Shown here piece by piece: positions 36,977-48,100 of a stretch of DNA of 64,000 nucleotides (position 1 is its first letter; each line of letters opens with the position of its first letter). The DNA is from Dicyema japonicum (taxonomy: Eukaryota; Animalia; Dicyemida). The DNA lies in the NCBI GenBank assembly GCA_011109175.1, contig RDEW01000004.1, positions 768,030-832,029 on the forward strand, given 5' to 3'. The notes under the pieces are model-generated. The model was not told the DNA's origin and did no database searches. It saw only the letters and a list, made by a program, of their open reading frames with translations. Both the position numbers and the translations under genes were made by a program.

Positions 36977-37429
36977 TTCATTTTTCTATTTTTTGCCTAT
37001 AAACCTACGTATCCCCCTTACTGTGCAACTACCAAATAGTTTGCTTGGTGGAGACGATTCCCAAGCTACTGTTCCCAGGTTTGCACCACGCCTGGTATAC
37101 CCAAGATATGGAAAGACTCCGATCCTGTTATGGAGAATAGTTTAAAATAGTTCTCCCCGCCGATTTTGACCCTCTGTCGTTCAGGGATCACTCGGGAAAT
37201 TTTTTTTTTCTTTTAGCCCAGCAATAATAATAAACGATGAAAACAAATCAGGCCTCAGCTGCCAAGAAACAGTGAGCATAGGCACGGGCGATTTCAATTC
37301 GCTAAAAGGACCATTCTCCATTTACGGGGGATCACTGAGTCGCGACTGCATTGTCAATTTTGTTGATGACTCCTTACAAAAGTCGACACTCTGGCAATCT
37401 GAATAGCCAGGAAATACAAAATTTGAAGC

Positions 37430-37860
37430 AGTGAATGTTTCCTGGACATAATAAATCGTTCGGACACTATAACTTACGACAATATCCTAGATTAAGCTCG
37501 ACTGTCACGGAGGCTATCGAAGACGTCCGGGTTATTTGCCTTCTGGAACGACCATTCCATGAAAGCCGAGAGAGGTGTCCTGCCTGGGACTCAACGTGCA
37601 TGGACACTTTCTTAAACGCGAATCTACTAAGAAAATTCTAAAAGGCGGAAATATCATCATAGCATTGGGGATCGTTCGCATTCCAGCCAATCTCCGTTTA
37701 GACTTCCGGCGTGCTGGCCCTTGTTTAGCAGGTTGATCGGCGATTGCGAGGCTGCGAAAGGGAGAGTCCTATAATGACATGATGGCATTTCCAGAATATT
37801 GGGCTCGTGATTATGAGGGGTAACTCCCATTCGTGCTCAATGCCTGCAGACTATAATGGA
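37430..37860 (+). mobile_element. CRE-like RLE-domain 3' fragment
   Basis: AWDSTCMDTF...RFAFQPISV...WHFQNIGLVIMRGN. The 3' end matches a fragment at 29550-29625. Confidence 0.7.
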
Positions 37861-38619
37861 GAACTTGCTTGTTGTAGTGCTTACCGTGTCTTGTGATGGA
37901 CCAGCTGCGAAGTCAAAGATGGGGATGCTATACAGAGGTTGGAGGATGATAGCTTGTCATTATTTCGAGCGGGGGTTCTCTTTGTGAAGGGTCTGATTGT
38001 TTACAACAAAAAAATTGTGCAGGACTCAATACATATTTTCCTCTCTTATCAGAGTTCCCCATGGAACAAAGGATCTTCTCATTAAAGTCTCCGCAAATGA
38101 TTGGGTGCTTAAGTGTGACCGAGAGATGAGATTCTGGAAAATGCGGATGAACAGGAGCTTTTTATCTACCTCCAGTCATTCAAGTGAAAGAAACCGGTGA
38201 TTAACAAAAAGTAACAACCAGAAACTGATGATCCAGAGATCAGTCATATATTTGTTTGGAGATTGCAGGCGGGAGATATAAGTCGATTAGTGTGAAGGAG
38301 TTCGGACACCAAACTAACTACTCATGTGTTCCCAAACACGTTCCAACAGATACATAATCTTGGCCCGATTCGCCTCCCTTAAGCTCACACAAGCACGTAT
38401 CGAGTGGCGTATAACCGGATGCTCATGGTCGAACTGGCAGGCCTCTCGGTTCTTACGGATTAAGGATTCCAGAGGCATGGAAAAGAGTCCTTTCCAGATG
38501 AATTTCAGTGATTCCAGTGTAAATACTCATTATGATAATTATTAAACATGAATATTTAAAAAAATTAATTTAAATTATAAAATATTATTTTGTTTACTTT
38601 TAGTTAGCTTAGATTACAA

Positions 38620-38896
38620 ATGGCACAAAATTCTAAGAATAAAGCCAACGACGGTAAGCAGGTATTTACTCTAATTTATGCTAATAGGACTTACAAGATA
38701 CTCTGAAACCAAGGAAGATTGTTGGGGCGACATGTCAACTGGTGAATTGTTGTTTCTAGTCGAATGGATGTATGATCATGTGCTCAATTGTAGAAATGAG
38801 GGACAAGACGCTTCGTTGGTTCCTGCACGTGATTTAAAAGAATCCCATCCTCAACTTGTTATTAATTTTTATCAATCACATTTGAAATTTAAATAA
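38620..38896 (+). CDS. Chromo-shadow-domain-only HP1-like protein
   Basis: Spliced: MAQNSKNKANDGKQ|DLQDTLKPRKIVGAT(frameshift)STGELLFLVEWI|NEGQDASLVPARDLKESHPQLVINFYQSHLKFK*, matching the chromo shadow consensus (PE.I.GAT...GEL.FL.KW....A.LVPA......PQ.VI.FYE..L). One 1-nt deletion at about 38731. Confidence 0.82.
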
Positions 38897-38948
38897 ATAC
38901 TATAATTTTTTATTAATTTTTTATACAAAATTTAAAACAAAACACACA

Positions 38949-41900
38949 TTATTTGTGGTTGCTAATATAATATTGATGACGTTGTGGTTCACCAAGAGGT
39001 GTCATTTGGTTGTGCCTGTGCCCTACACAGCACACATGAAAAAGAACCACATCATTTCCCTATCGTCTCTCTTCAAGGAGATCTCGATGGCGACCATTGA
39101 GCGGGCACGAAGCTTTCGCTCCCAAGAATCCCTCCTGACATCCGGTGACATTGAACTAAACCCAGGGCTGCAGAATAGACCCATCAGAATCTTACAACTT
39201 AACATCAATGGAATCACCTCGAAACATACCGAATTGGCTGAGTACTTGGTTAAACACCGTATTGACATTGCCCTTCTACAGGTGTCACGTTTGTCTGGCT
39301 TCTCCCAAACACCAAAATTCAAAAACTACTCTTTGCTCCGTTCTGAGCGATCAAATGGATCTCACGGCGGTGGCCTGGTCACCCTCATTCACAACTCCAT
39401 CCCATTCACGGATACCACTGACCACACATTGACAGCGGCTTCTGATAAACATATGGAATTGCTATCCATCACCATCAATATTATGTCAACTCCTTACACA
39501 ATTCTGAATATCTACATTCCCCCTTCGTTTTGCTGCCAGAAGAGTTACCGACCAAACCTAGAATTCCTTCAACTATACGAAAACATAGTTATTTGCGGCG
39601 ATCTAAACGCTAAAGATCCACTATGGTTCCGAAACCAGAATTCGGACCACAGAGGGAAACAAGTGATCTCTGAACTGGAACACCTAGTGATATTGAATAA
39701 CCCCCGCCAACACACGAGATGTGGAACACGCCCTGGGGATCCTAACACGTCTCCCGACCTCTCCATATGCTCAGCTCCCCTTGCAAAATCGATCTACTGG
39801 GATGTCAGATATGACTTACCCTCAGATCATAACCCTATTCTGATCGACATCTTCTTGCATTTCGGACGAACTATGTCGAGGCGAACCTATGTGAACTACA
39901 AAAGGGCGAGATGGATCGACTTCACGGTTGACGTCGAAACGTCGCTGGAAAACTTCTCTGTGAATAATTTTACCTCTCCAGACAAAGCCATTGCACATTT
40001 CAACTCAGCCATCCTTTCGGCGGATAGAAAGCACGTCCCTAAAGGATTCATCCATGATTACAAACTATTTTTCAACAAAGAAATATTGGATCTCATCTGT
40101 GAGAGAAGACGCCTAAAACGTTCCCGAACAACCAACCAGCAACTCCAAGATGAAATTTCTTCCCTAAACAAGAAGATAACCCACCTCATTACGGAGCTCA
40201 AAAAGGAGAAGTGGTCCACTTTCGTCTCTCGATTGAATCCAAAATCAAAACCCCAAAGTTTCTGGAGATTTATCAGAGAAATACAATCAAATCAAACCGA
40301 ATCGAGCACAACCCATGGAGGTAGACTTGGAAAGGACAACCAAACGAAAGATTTCCACTGCCAGGCAAATGACTTGATGACTCACTATTGCAAAATGAGT
40401 CATATTCCAATGAATAAAGAAAATCGACCTCATATTACTAAACCCCCAAGGGTAACAAAGGCACGATTCGAAGTATCAGTAAGTCATGTTCAAAACCTCA
40501 TTACAAACTCAAGAAACTCACCAGCCACGGGACCCGATCGGATCAGCATATTCCACCTAAAGCACCTCGGTCCAAACGGGCTCTTGGCACTTAAAGATAT
40601 CTACGAATTCTCCATCAACAGGTGTTTCATCCCGATGTTATGGAAGAAGTCGAACATTATCCCAATACTCAAGAACAACAAAGCCTCCTCCTTGCCCTCT
40701 TCGTTCAGGCCAATTTCCTTAACATCTGTTGTCTCAAAAATCCTCGAAAGGATCATTCTTAACGAAATCACCCCCTACCTCGACCTCTCCGACTCACAAC
40801 ATGGTTTCCGTCCTTTACACTCGACCACCACGCACTTACTGACACTAACCCAATACATCTCCAACGGTTTCAACAACTGCAAACCCCCGGAACGAACTGT
40901 CTTGGCCTCTATTGACCTAACTAAAGCTTTCGACAGAATCTCCCGTGTGGTCCTCTGCAACAAGATCTATTCTTCAAATATTCCCTCTGTATGGAAGTCA
41001 TGGCTCACAAATTTCCTCTCGGGAAGACTGGGTCATACGTGTCTATATTCAAATCTATCAAGATATCGACTCCTACCAAACGGTGTTCCCCAGGGATCAG
41101 TCCTTTCACCCTCACTTTTCAACCTTTACGTCAAAGACATCCCAACAACCCAAAATACGTTACTATTGACATATGCCGATGATCTAGTAATCGCATCCAG
41201 GAGTGGCGATGTTCGACTGGCCACCGAAAAAGTGCAGTACCACCTGAACTTGCTATCCGACTGGATGAACTTAAACTGGATGAGTGTTTCCACCTCGAAG
41301 TCATCAGCTACCCTGTTCACAACCGATCGAAGACAATTCAACCTAAACCCCACACTCTCGTTGGGTGACGAACCACTCCCCTTAAATAAATACCCGAAGA
41401 TCCTTGGAGTTGTCTTCGATCCTTCACTCTGTTTCAACAGACAAGTGGAGGAAGTAATGACAAAAGCCAAGCGGAAACTTAACATATTACGGGCAGTAGC
41501 TGGCCACTCAAACGGTCAGCAAAAAGAAAACTTAACTCTTCTCTACAAACAGTTCATCAGGACTACACTCAACTACGCCTCACCAAGTTGGGCCCCCTCA
41601 ATCTCCTTGTCCCTTTCTCAAGAACTGCAGAAAGTGCAAAACTCGGCGCTGAGAATAATAACTGGCTGTTTAAAGTCAACCCCCACCGACCATTTACATT
41701 GGGAGTCGAAAATCCTCCCGCTCTATGACCACCTGGAAATGCGTAATTTACAATTCCTACGGCAGTCGTTCGACCCGAATCACCCAGTTCACGCTTTGCT
41801 AAGTAACAATAACCGCAGATACATACGCAGGACCCTCTTTGACCTACAAAGAGCCTTGTCGAAGATCACCCCCCCTCAAGAAGACTCAACTTGGACCCGC

Positions 41901-42210
41901 CGAATCCATGATTTTATCTCAACACGGGCCATTAGGACACTTCAATATAACAAAGTCTTGGAGCGCTTCCCCCCTGATATCAGTCCAACGGAACAATCGC
42001 TCCCGAGGAAGATCAGAATCGGACTGGCTCGCCTACGATGTGGACACCACCCTTTTCTGGCTGGCAGAGTAGTTCGAGACCTTTTTCCCTGCCCTGGACC
42101 ACCGGATGCAAAAGTCGAGGATCTCTGGGAGCGGCCTGTCCGGACTGCACGCTCTTTGATGGTCGCCGGCTTCCCACTTGCTGGCGAAGCCGGGGTTTTT
42201 AATTTAATTT
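38949..42210 (+). mobile_element. Near-complete Ingi/Vingi-like non-LTR retrotransposon
   Basis: 13-bp TSD aacaaaacacaca at 38936-38948 and 42211-42223. Single uninterrupted ORF, AT-rich tail, no RNase H. The C-terminal zinc-knuckle region appears partly deleted. Confidence 0.92.
38975..39051 (+). ncRNA. HDV-like ribozyme-type pseudoknot in the LINE 5' region, overlapping the likely start codon
   Basis: P1 GATGAC/GTCATT (G.U at position 1), P2 TGTGGTTC/GAACCACA, P3 ACC/GGT, L3 AAGA, P4 at 39011-39034, J4/2 CATGAAAAA with an in-frame ATG at 39036. Confidence 0.6.
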
Positions 42211-42212
42211 AA
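39036..42212 (+). CDS. LINE polyprotein: 2A-like leader, APE endonuclease, reverse transcriptase
   Basis: LLTSGDIELNPG(L) 2A-like motif. APE motifs ILQLNINGI, GDLNAK and SDHNPI (the usual LQE reads LQV). RT motifs FRPISLTS, QHGFR, DLTKAFD, GVPQGSVLSP and YADD. Confidence 0.93.
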   Translation: MKKNHIISLSSLFKEISMATIERARSFRSQESLLTSGDIELNPGLQNRPIRILQLNINGITSKHTELAEYLVKHRIDIALLQVSRLSGFSQTPKFKNYSLLRSERSNGSHGGGLVTLIHNSIPFTDTTDHTLTAASDKHMELLSITINIMSTPYTILNIYIPPSFCCQKSYRPNLEFLQLYENIVICGDLNAKDPLWFRNQNSDHRGKQVISELEHLVILNNPRQHTRCGTRPGDPNTSPDLSICSAPLAKSIYWDVRYDLPSDHNPILIDIFLHFGRTMSRRTYVNYKRARWIDFTVDVETSLENFSVNNFTSPDKAIAHFNSAILSADRKHVPKGFIHDYKLFFNKEILDLICERRRLKRSRTTNQQLQDEISSLNKKITHLITELKKEKWSTFVSRLNPKSKPQSFWRFIREIQSNQTESSTTHGGRLGKDNQTKDFHCQANDLMTHYCKMSHIPMNKENRPHITKPPRVTKARFEVSVSHVQNLITNSRNSPATGPDRISIFHLKHLGPNGLLALKDIYEFSINRCFIPMLWKKSNIIPILKNNKASSLPSSFRPISLTSVVSKILERIILNEITPYLDLSDSQHGFRPLHSTTTHLLTLTQYISNGFNNCKPPERTVLASIDLTKAFDRISRVVLCNKIYSSNIPSVWKSWLTNFLSGRLGHTCLYSNLSRYRLLPNGVPQGSVLSPSLFNLYVKDIPTTQNTLLLTYADDLVIASRSGDVRLATEKVQYHLNLLSDWMNLNWMSVSTSKSSATLFTTDRRQFNLNPTLSLGDEPLPLNKYPKILGVVFDPSLCFNRQVEEVMTKAKRKLNILRAVAGHSNGQQKENLTLLYKQFIRTTLNYASPSWAPSISLSLSQELQKVQNSALRIITGCLKSTPTDHLHWESKILPLYDHLEMRNLQFLRQSFDPNHPVHALLSNNNRRYIRRTLFDLQRALSKITPPQEDSTWTRRIHDFISTRAIRTLQYNKVLERFPPDISPTEQSLPRKIRIGLARLRCGHHPFLAGRVVRDLFPCPGPPDAKVEDLWERPVRTARSLMVAGFPLAGEAGVFNLI

Positions 42213-43149
42213 CAAAACACACAAATGGGCTGTTGCTGTGGTTCGTGAAATTATCTGTAAAATCCGAGAAGTAAGGTTTAACATGTGTCACCTTCCTTAC
42301 GTTCAATGTCAGAGGGTTATCTAAAGTCTTGAAAAACTCTGTCGAAGACTTAGTGGAATAAAGTTTGATCAGATGCCTTAAGGAGACTGAACTGAGTGAT
42401 GGATTTGAAGAAGATTGTGTAGACTCTTCCTCCCTAGTGAGTCGCAGCACTATGACTAGGGGTTTGCCATAAGGAATGATATTCTCTCAATATATTTTTA
42501 TACTGCACCATTAATGACAAAGTTGGGGCGATATAACTAAAAATGGGTGGTTCTACAACTAAAATGATGGGAAGAACGAACGGGAATATAAAATACGCAG
42601 AACCAGGTTCGAGACATTATAATCTTGACACCTACTAAGGCCATTAGTACAGGAAACATACGGAACTCGCCCTACCTATAGAATCAACTTGAGAAATCAT
42701 GGGATCTTATACGGAAAATGATCCTCATAGCGGTGGAAGGCTATTTAATAGACAATCAATAAAAATAATTCACGCTCGGGAGAAACGAGCATAATATTTA
42801 AACACTGACGACCGGCGCTCCCAGACTCTGTGGACGGTCACGGAGCGCCACACCGATAATCCTGGACGTGACCTCCAAAAATTGGAAGGCGTGTCAGACA
42901 GGTAGAGTATATTTTGACAGGAACAAGTGTATTGGGTTGTCATTGTTAGTTTATCGGGTTGCTCATATATTTTTTACAGTGGCATCTGTGAAGTAGTAAT
43001 AAAAATTACACACCTGTTAGTTTGAAATGTTTCTTTGACGAAAGATTCAATAAAAACTGTTTTTGTATAATTTGCGCATTATATAAAATATTTTTGATTA
43101 AAAACTAATTTAAAAAAAAACAATTTATTACGCAACATGACAATCAAAC

Positions 43150-43630
43150 TAATCCAGTTGATAGGATGAAATAGCTGTTTCCCCGGAACTGCCAGAGAAA
43201 TCTTTTGGAACAGCCACTCGTTTTCCCGACGTTCATTACTTACTTTCGATATCGTTGACCCAAACAATCGTAGAAAAGAGACCGTTTCGGCCCCGAAGAT
43301 TCCGCTCGTCTCTACGACAATGGGCTGTACACAGATTCTTGTGAAGAGGTTGTCGTATTTTTTTATCTTGAATTTCTCAAAGTCCGAGCAGCCTCCCCAG
43401 CGGAACCAGCAAGTCTCGACTGGGAAAAGTTGTCGGTGCAGGCCACATCCCAAATCAAGCATTTCCACGAGAGAAGGGGAACACACGTCCGGGCGGTTTC
43501 CATCTCCACGACCCAGGCCCACCACTTCCAGAGATGACAGGAATCCAGCCGCCTCAAGAGAGAGCTTCACAACCCCGTTGATGGCGGCACGTCTCGGAAA
43601 CCTGCCACTCCTGAGACACCAAGATAGCGA
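43150..43630 (-). mobile_element. CRE-like RLE-domain 3' fragment
   Basis: GRFPRRAAINGVVKLSLEAAGF.SSLE.VGL.RGDGNRPD...PIVVETSG...RENEWLFQKISLAV. Confidence 0.9.
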
Positions 43631-43829
43631 GTAAAGTCTTTTGCAGTTTTTACAAATTTTAAAGAACATTTAAATTTGTGATTTTATTGAAAAAAAGTCT
43701 CCCTACTCATAACTAGTCAGAAGATGAGGACATGAATAACCCAGTTTGTTTTTTTTTCTTAATAAAGTCTCCACAATTATTTTGTTTAAAAAATTGTTCT
43801 AGTGGGCCTCTTTGACACTCTATTGAAAT

Positions 43830-44810
43830 GGTGAACTTACTGCAAGAACAATGGACAATGAACTGAAAGTGGACGTAATAAACCGTGTTTCCAGCACGTC
43901 TCTTCCCTGTCTAATCTGTGACAAAGTAAACAAGAGGAAATTCGGTATTAAATGTTCCCGTTGCCCCAATTTTGGACACCTTGTGTGCTATAAGCTATCT
44001 TCGACTTCCAGTAATCTCACACGCCAGATCCTACACTGCACTAACGGATCGGACACTGAACCACTGGTATGCATGGCTCGGGAAGTCTGGACGCAACTGG
44101 GTGTTGGATTTCCGAAGAACGCTAATAAACAACGAGAATGGGACAAGCTTATATGCTCAAAGATCATAGAAGAGATAAAGCCTGTGCTTGATCAGCATCG
44201 TCTGGCTTGTCTGGCTTCTGCATCGACGAACGAGAGTGGAGTCTGGCTCAGAGCTTTACCATGTACCTAACTTGAGACACTAGTGGATGACGACGTGACG
44301 AGGATTGGGGTTTCCGTCCGCTTTGCACAATCCATCGGTGAGATGTGGAGGAATGGTCGACGCGAAAGGTTTTCACGCTCTTTCCTGCCGCAGAAGTGCT
44401 GGAAAGAGTCCAAGACACGCCACAATCAACGGAATTATTGCTTGGGGCCTTGAGGCTGCTGGATTCCCTGTCCAATTGGAGCCGCTTGGACTTACTCGAA
44501 CTAACCGAAGACCGGACGGAGCCACTCTCTTCCCATGGGAGAGTGGTAAATACCTTGCCTGGGACGGTACCTGTGTCGATAGACTCTCTCCCTCCAACCT
44601 TGCAACGGCAGCAACTAACCCAAGCTCTGCTTCGGAGAAGGCTGAGACCCTAAAGAAATACGCATGTCTTGGTGGATAGTTCATTTTTGAACCAGTCGCC
44701 GTGAAAATGTCGGGAATCATGGGAAACGTCACTGGTTCTGCTAAACAGAATCGTTCATGCAAATCGTCAAAGGAAATGGGTTCTCAATTATGAGAACAGC
44801 CAGCAGTTGT
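43830..44810 (+). mobile_element. Internally deleted CRE-like element (N-terminal PHD-like finger joined to RLE end)
   Basis: CLICDKVNKRKFGIKCSRCPNFGHLVC, then directly KQREWD...HRLACL...ESGVWL.ALP...[19 protein letters not shown]...RRPDG.TLFPW..GK.LAWDGTCVD. No RT lies between them. Confidence 0.8.
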
Positions 44811-45146
44811 TGACTGTTAGATTTTGCGTTAAATAAAATTGGTTTATTTAAAACCTTAAGTGGGCAACAATTTCATATATGTTTACAGTATAAATTAGTG
44901 TTACAAATGTCCAGGATATTGGTTCTGACAGTAACGGAAAAGCTTCCTCTCCCAATAAACAGATGCCCACTTAATTTTGTAGAGGAAAATGTTCGACTTG
45001 TACGATCACTGGGACGATCTGACGAGACTTTCTGCAGAGTTTATTAGTTGTGGATAATAAATTAATGCCTATATTACTATTGGTAACTAATAATCAAATA
45101 TACTAAATTAATCACACAAAAATAAAAAATTATTACAGAATAGTTA

Positions 45147-48100
45147 CTAAATTCGACCACTCAGAACAGTTTTAAAATGGTCGATAGTATGCTTTACGGA
45201 GTTGAATATTCGATTCCTGTACTTAATTCCTTTCCAAGTAACTGATATGTACTCTTTCCTTACGGAATTGTTAACGAAATAGCAAATGACAGCCTTACAT
45301 GGATACTCCTTAAGAAGACTCAGTCCATAAGGAATTCTGGATACATAAACAGCCAAACCTATTCGCCTGTCGTTTCTTCTCAGCCAACAAATACCGTTCC
45401 ATCTGTCGACTATCATCACTGTCTATGAAATACTGAAAGTTCATTATATCACGAATATAAATCACAATCGACTGCAAATATCTCGATATAATCTCGTCTA
45501 AGTCCTCAAATACCTAAATCATAGAAAATAGCTACTTCTCCTTCAATCTTCAGGACCGACCCTAGTCGTAAGTCAACATTTTCCTTCCCGGACTCCACAA
45601 TGTCCACGTGAGAGTAGATCCCGTCCGAAACCTTCCAGGACATTGTGAGGTTACAGATTCCCTTGCTGCTGGGTCTGAAGACGCAGTCGCCTACTTCCAT
45701 CCCTTCCAACATCTCACAACACTTCTTATAGGATACTTCCTTGTAGTTGTGGTGGATTATCAGCCTCCTCACATATCCCTCTGCCAATAAGCAAATCCTC
45801 ACTTTTTAAGCGCTTCTTTTTACGAGCCACGTGGTCTCTCTTTTCCTTTTCTTCCGCATCGTAGTCATAATATTTATCCTTCCTGACTCCATAGGTCCCT
45901 CCTTTGTCGTTTAGAACAGATCCTTTCGATATAAGACCACATTGGATCTTTTTGAAATCAAACGAGGTAACACGTGCGCAGACAACTGCCCCAATCTACG
46001 GTTACAAACCCAAGTACCTTGATTCTTTCTAAATTGTCGACTCGCCTATCGCTGACGTTCCGGGAGTGAATGAACCCGACCAATCCGTTATCAAAGGCTA
46101 CTCTTAGTCCAATGGCACTCCCAGGGCAATCCTTCAGATGAAATTTGACCTACAATAAGTCATCCTCTACCTCGTTAATCTCACCAAATGAACTTCTACG
46201 GCAGAAAGGACACTCAAATGACCCAGAATTTGGATCCTTCCGGGCTCTCATGCTTCTAATCTGCTCATAACTGGGCCTCTTCCGGGCGTACCCAATCACC
46301 CGACACGTGACAAGTTTTCCGATGTACAGACTCTCTGGGGTCTCGTTTAGAAGCTTGAAGAAAAGGTCCTGGCTTGATATTCTCTTGAATTCTGCGTCCT
46401 CAGTGATCTCTTCGATCAACTGTTCACGAATATCAAGCAAGGTGTCGATTTTCTTGCCAAAATTCTACATAATGAAGAGGGGTACCTGCTTCTCCAGCTC
46501 AGCACTGAAGGCTTCGAGGTCAAGATCCCTGAGTTTGTCCTTTGAACCCATCAATTCATCAATAATGAGTGAATTATCAGCGTCCCTGTCATCTTCGTAG
46601 TCCAAGGCGTCGATCACCATCTTCCTGACCCAGTGGTACCCCTCCGGATGGATTCCTGTAGTAGTCCAGAGGCTCAAACTGGTCAGAGTATAGTCTACAA
46701 TCATAAATTTACCACACCCGTTGTTTACACAGTAGTACTGATTTATCAAAAGGAACCCAGAACAGTTGACAAACACTGTGGGGCCGATCTTGTAGTTTGT
46801 GACCAGTTCTGTACGACAGATCACATCCCTGTACTCATCCTTCATAAAGATCTCTGCCTTCTTAGGTCCTAGTCCACCCACAAATTGCAGAAGGTTAAAC
46901 ACGTGGGGAAAATGGCGGGCCCTGTTTATGTCAACCCCGGTCCTGTTCACAAAGCTTATCACTTGTCGCTTCAATTCTCTCCCCAAAATATCCCGGTTAA
47001 CATGGTTCTAACGTAAACACGTGGATTACCTGCATGTTATGGTACTGAAATGACAAATAGTCCTCCTGTTTGTTCACCAACTGGCTATACTCTGCCACTG
47101 GGTCCACCAACAGTCTGGCCAGGGAGATGGCTTCTCTGCAGATCACTGGATAGTCCCCCAGTTCAGTCTACCATTAGAAATGTCTCTACCTCGCTCTTTC
47201 TGGAAAAGGAATATATTTTTGATAATTCATTGTCAAACAGCTCCGCGTCGACATCATAATCAACGGATTTTGCCGCCAGCCTGACATCATCCACCACAAA
47301 AGTTGCCAGTCTATCCTCGGTAGAAACAACAATCATTGATGGCTTGTGAGTGTCGATAAACTCTGCCAGCTTATTAAGGGTAGATTTCTAGGTAAGAACA
47401 GTCCCAACCTTGTGATCCTGGAAAGGACTGAATCGTCCTTCAACCAAGAAAGGCAGTTTGAGCACTTCTACGACTTCCCCGTCAATGTCTACCACGGCTG
47501 CAAAGGAGGCATTGTCACTTGCATTAGGTAAGCAACTAACCGAGATGATGTATAAGCAATAGCCATGACGTTATTATCAGACTTGTTCTCTTTCGTTCTA
47601 ACACAGCCAAAGTATGGACCTCCACTTATCATCCCATTGAGTCTGTCGCAACATTTCTACAATGACCAAACTAAACGACCTTAATCACTGAGTTAGAAGC
47701 CTCGGAAACTAGCTCTTGTTTTATCTCTAGTAATATCTTAGGGAATATGATTTTGGAAAGGGCGTTAGCAAGAGCAGACCGTCTCAGACTACTCCATTCG
47801 TTGTCTTCTCCGCAAAACATGGAGGTTACGAGCTGTTCACTTGTCCCGTTTGTCTCATCGAATGAAATGATAAGCTTTATCAAACCGTCCGTTTCCGCGG
47901 ATGTTAAACAGAGAAAACACTCATCCTCGAGCTCTGTAAGTGGTTTGTCCTTCAAATATCTCATTGAATAGCAGGGATGACCCTCATCCATCTCCCTCAG
48001 CCCAGAGGGGGTTAACCTCACCGAGACAACCCCACGTGGATACATGACAGTCCGCAAATAACGGATCAAACTGGGTTCTGATGCAATTTCCATCGAAAGC

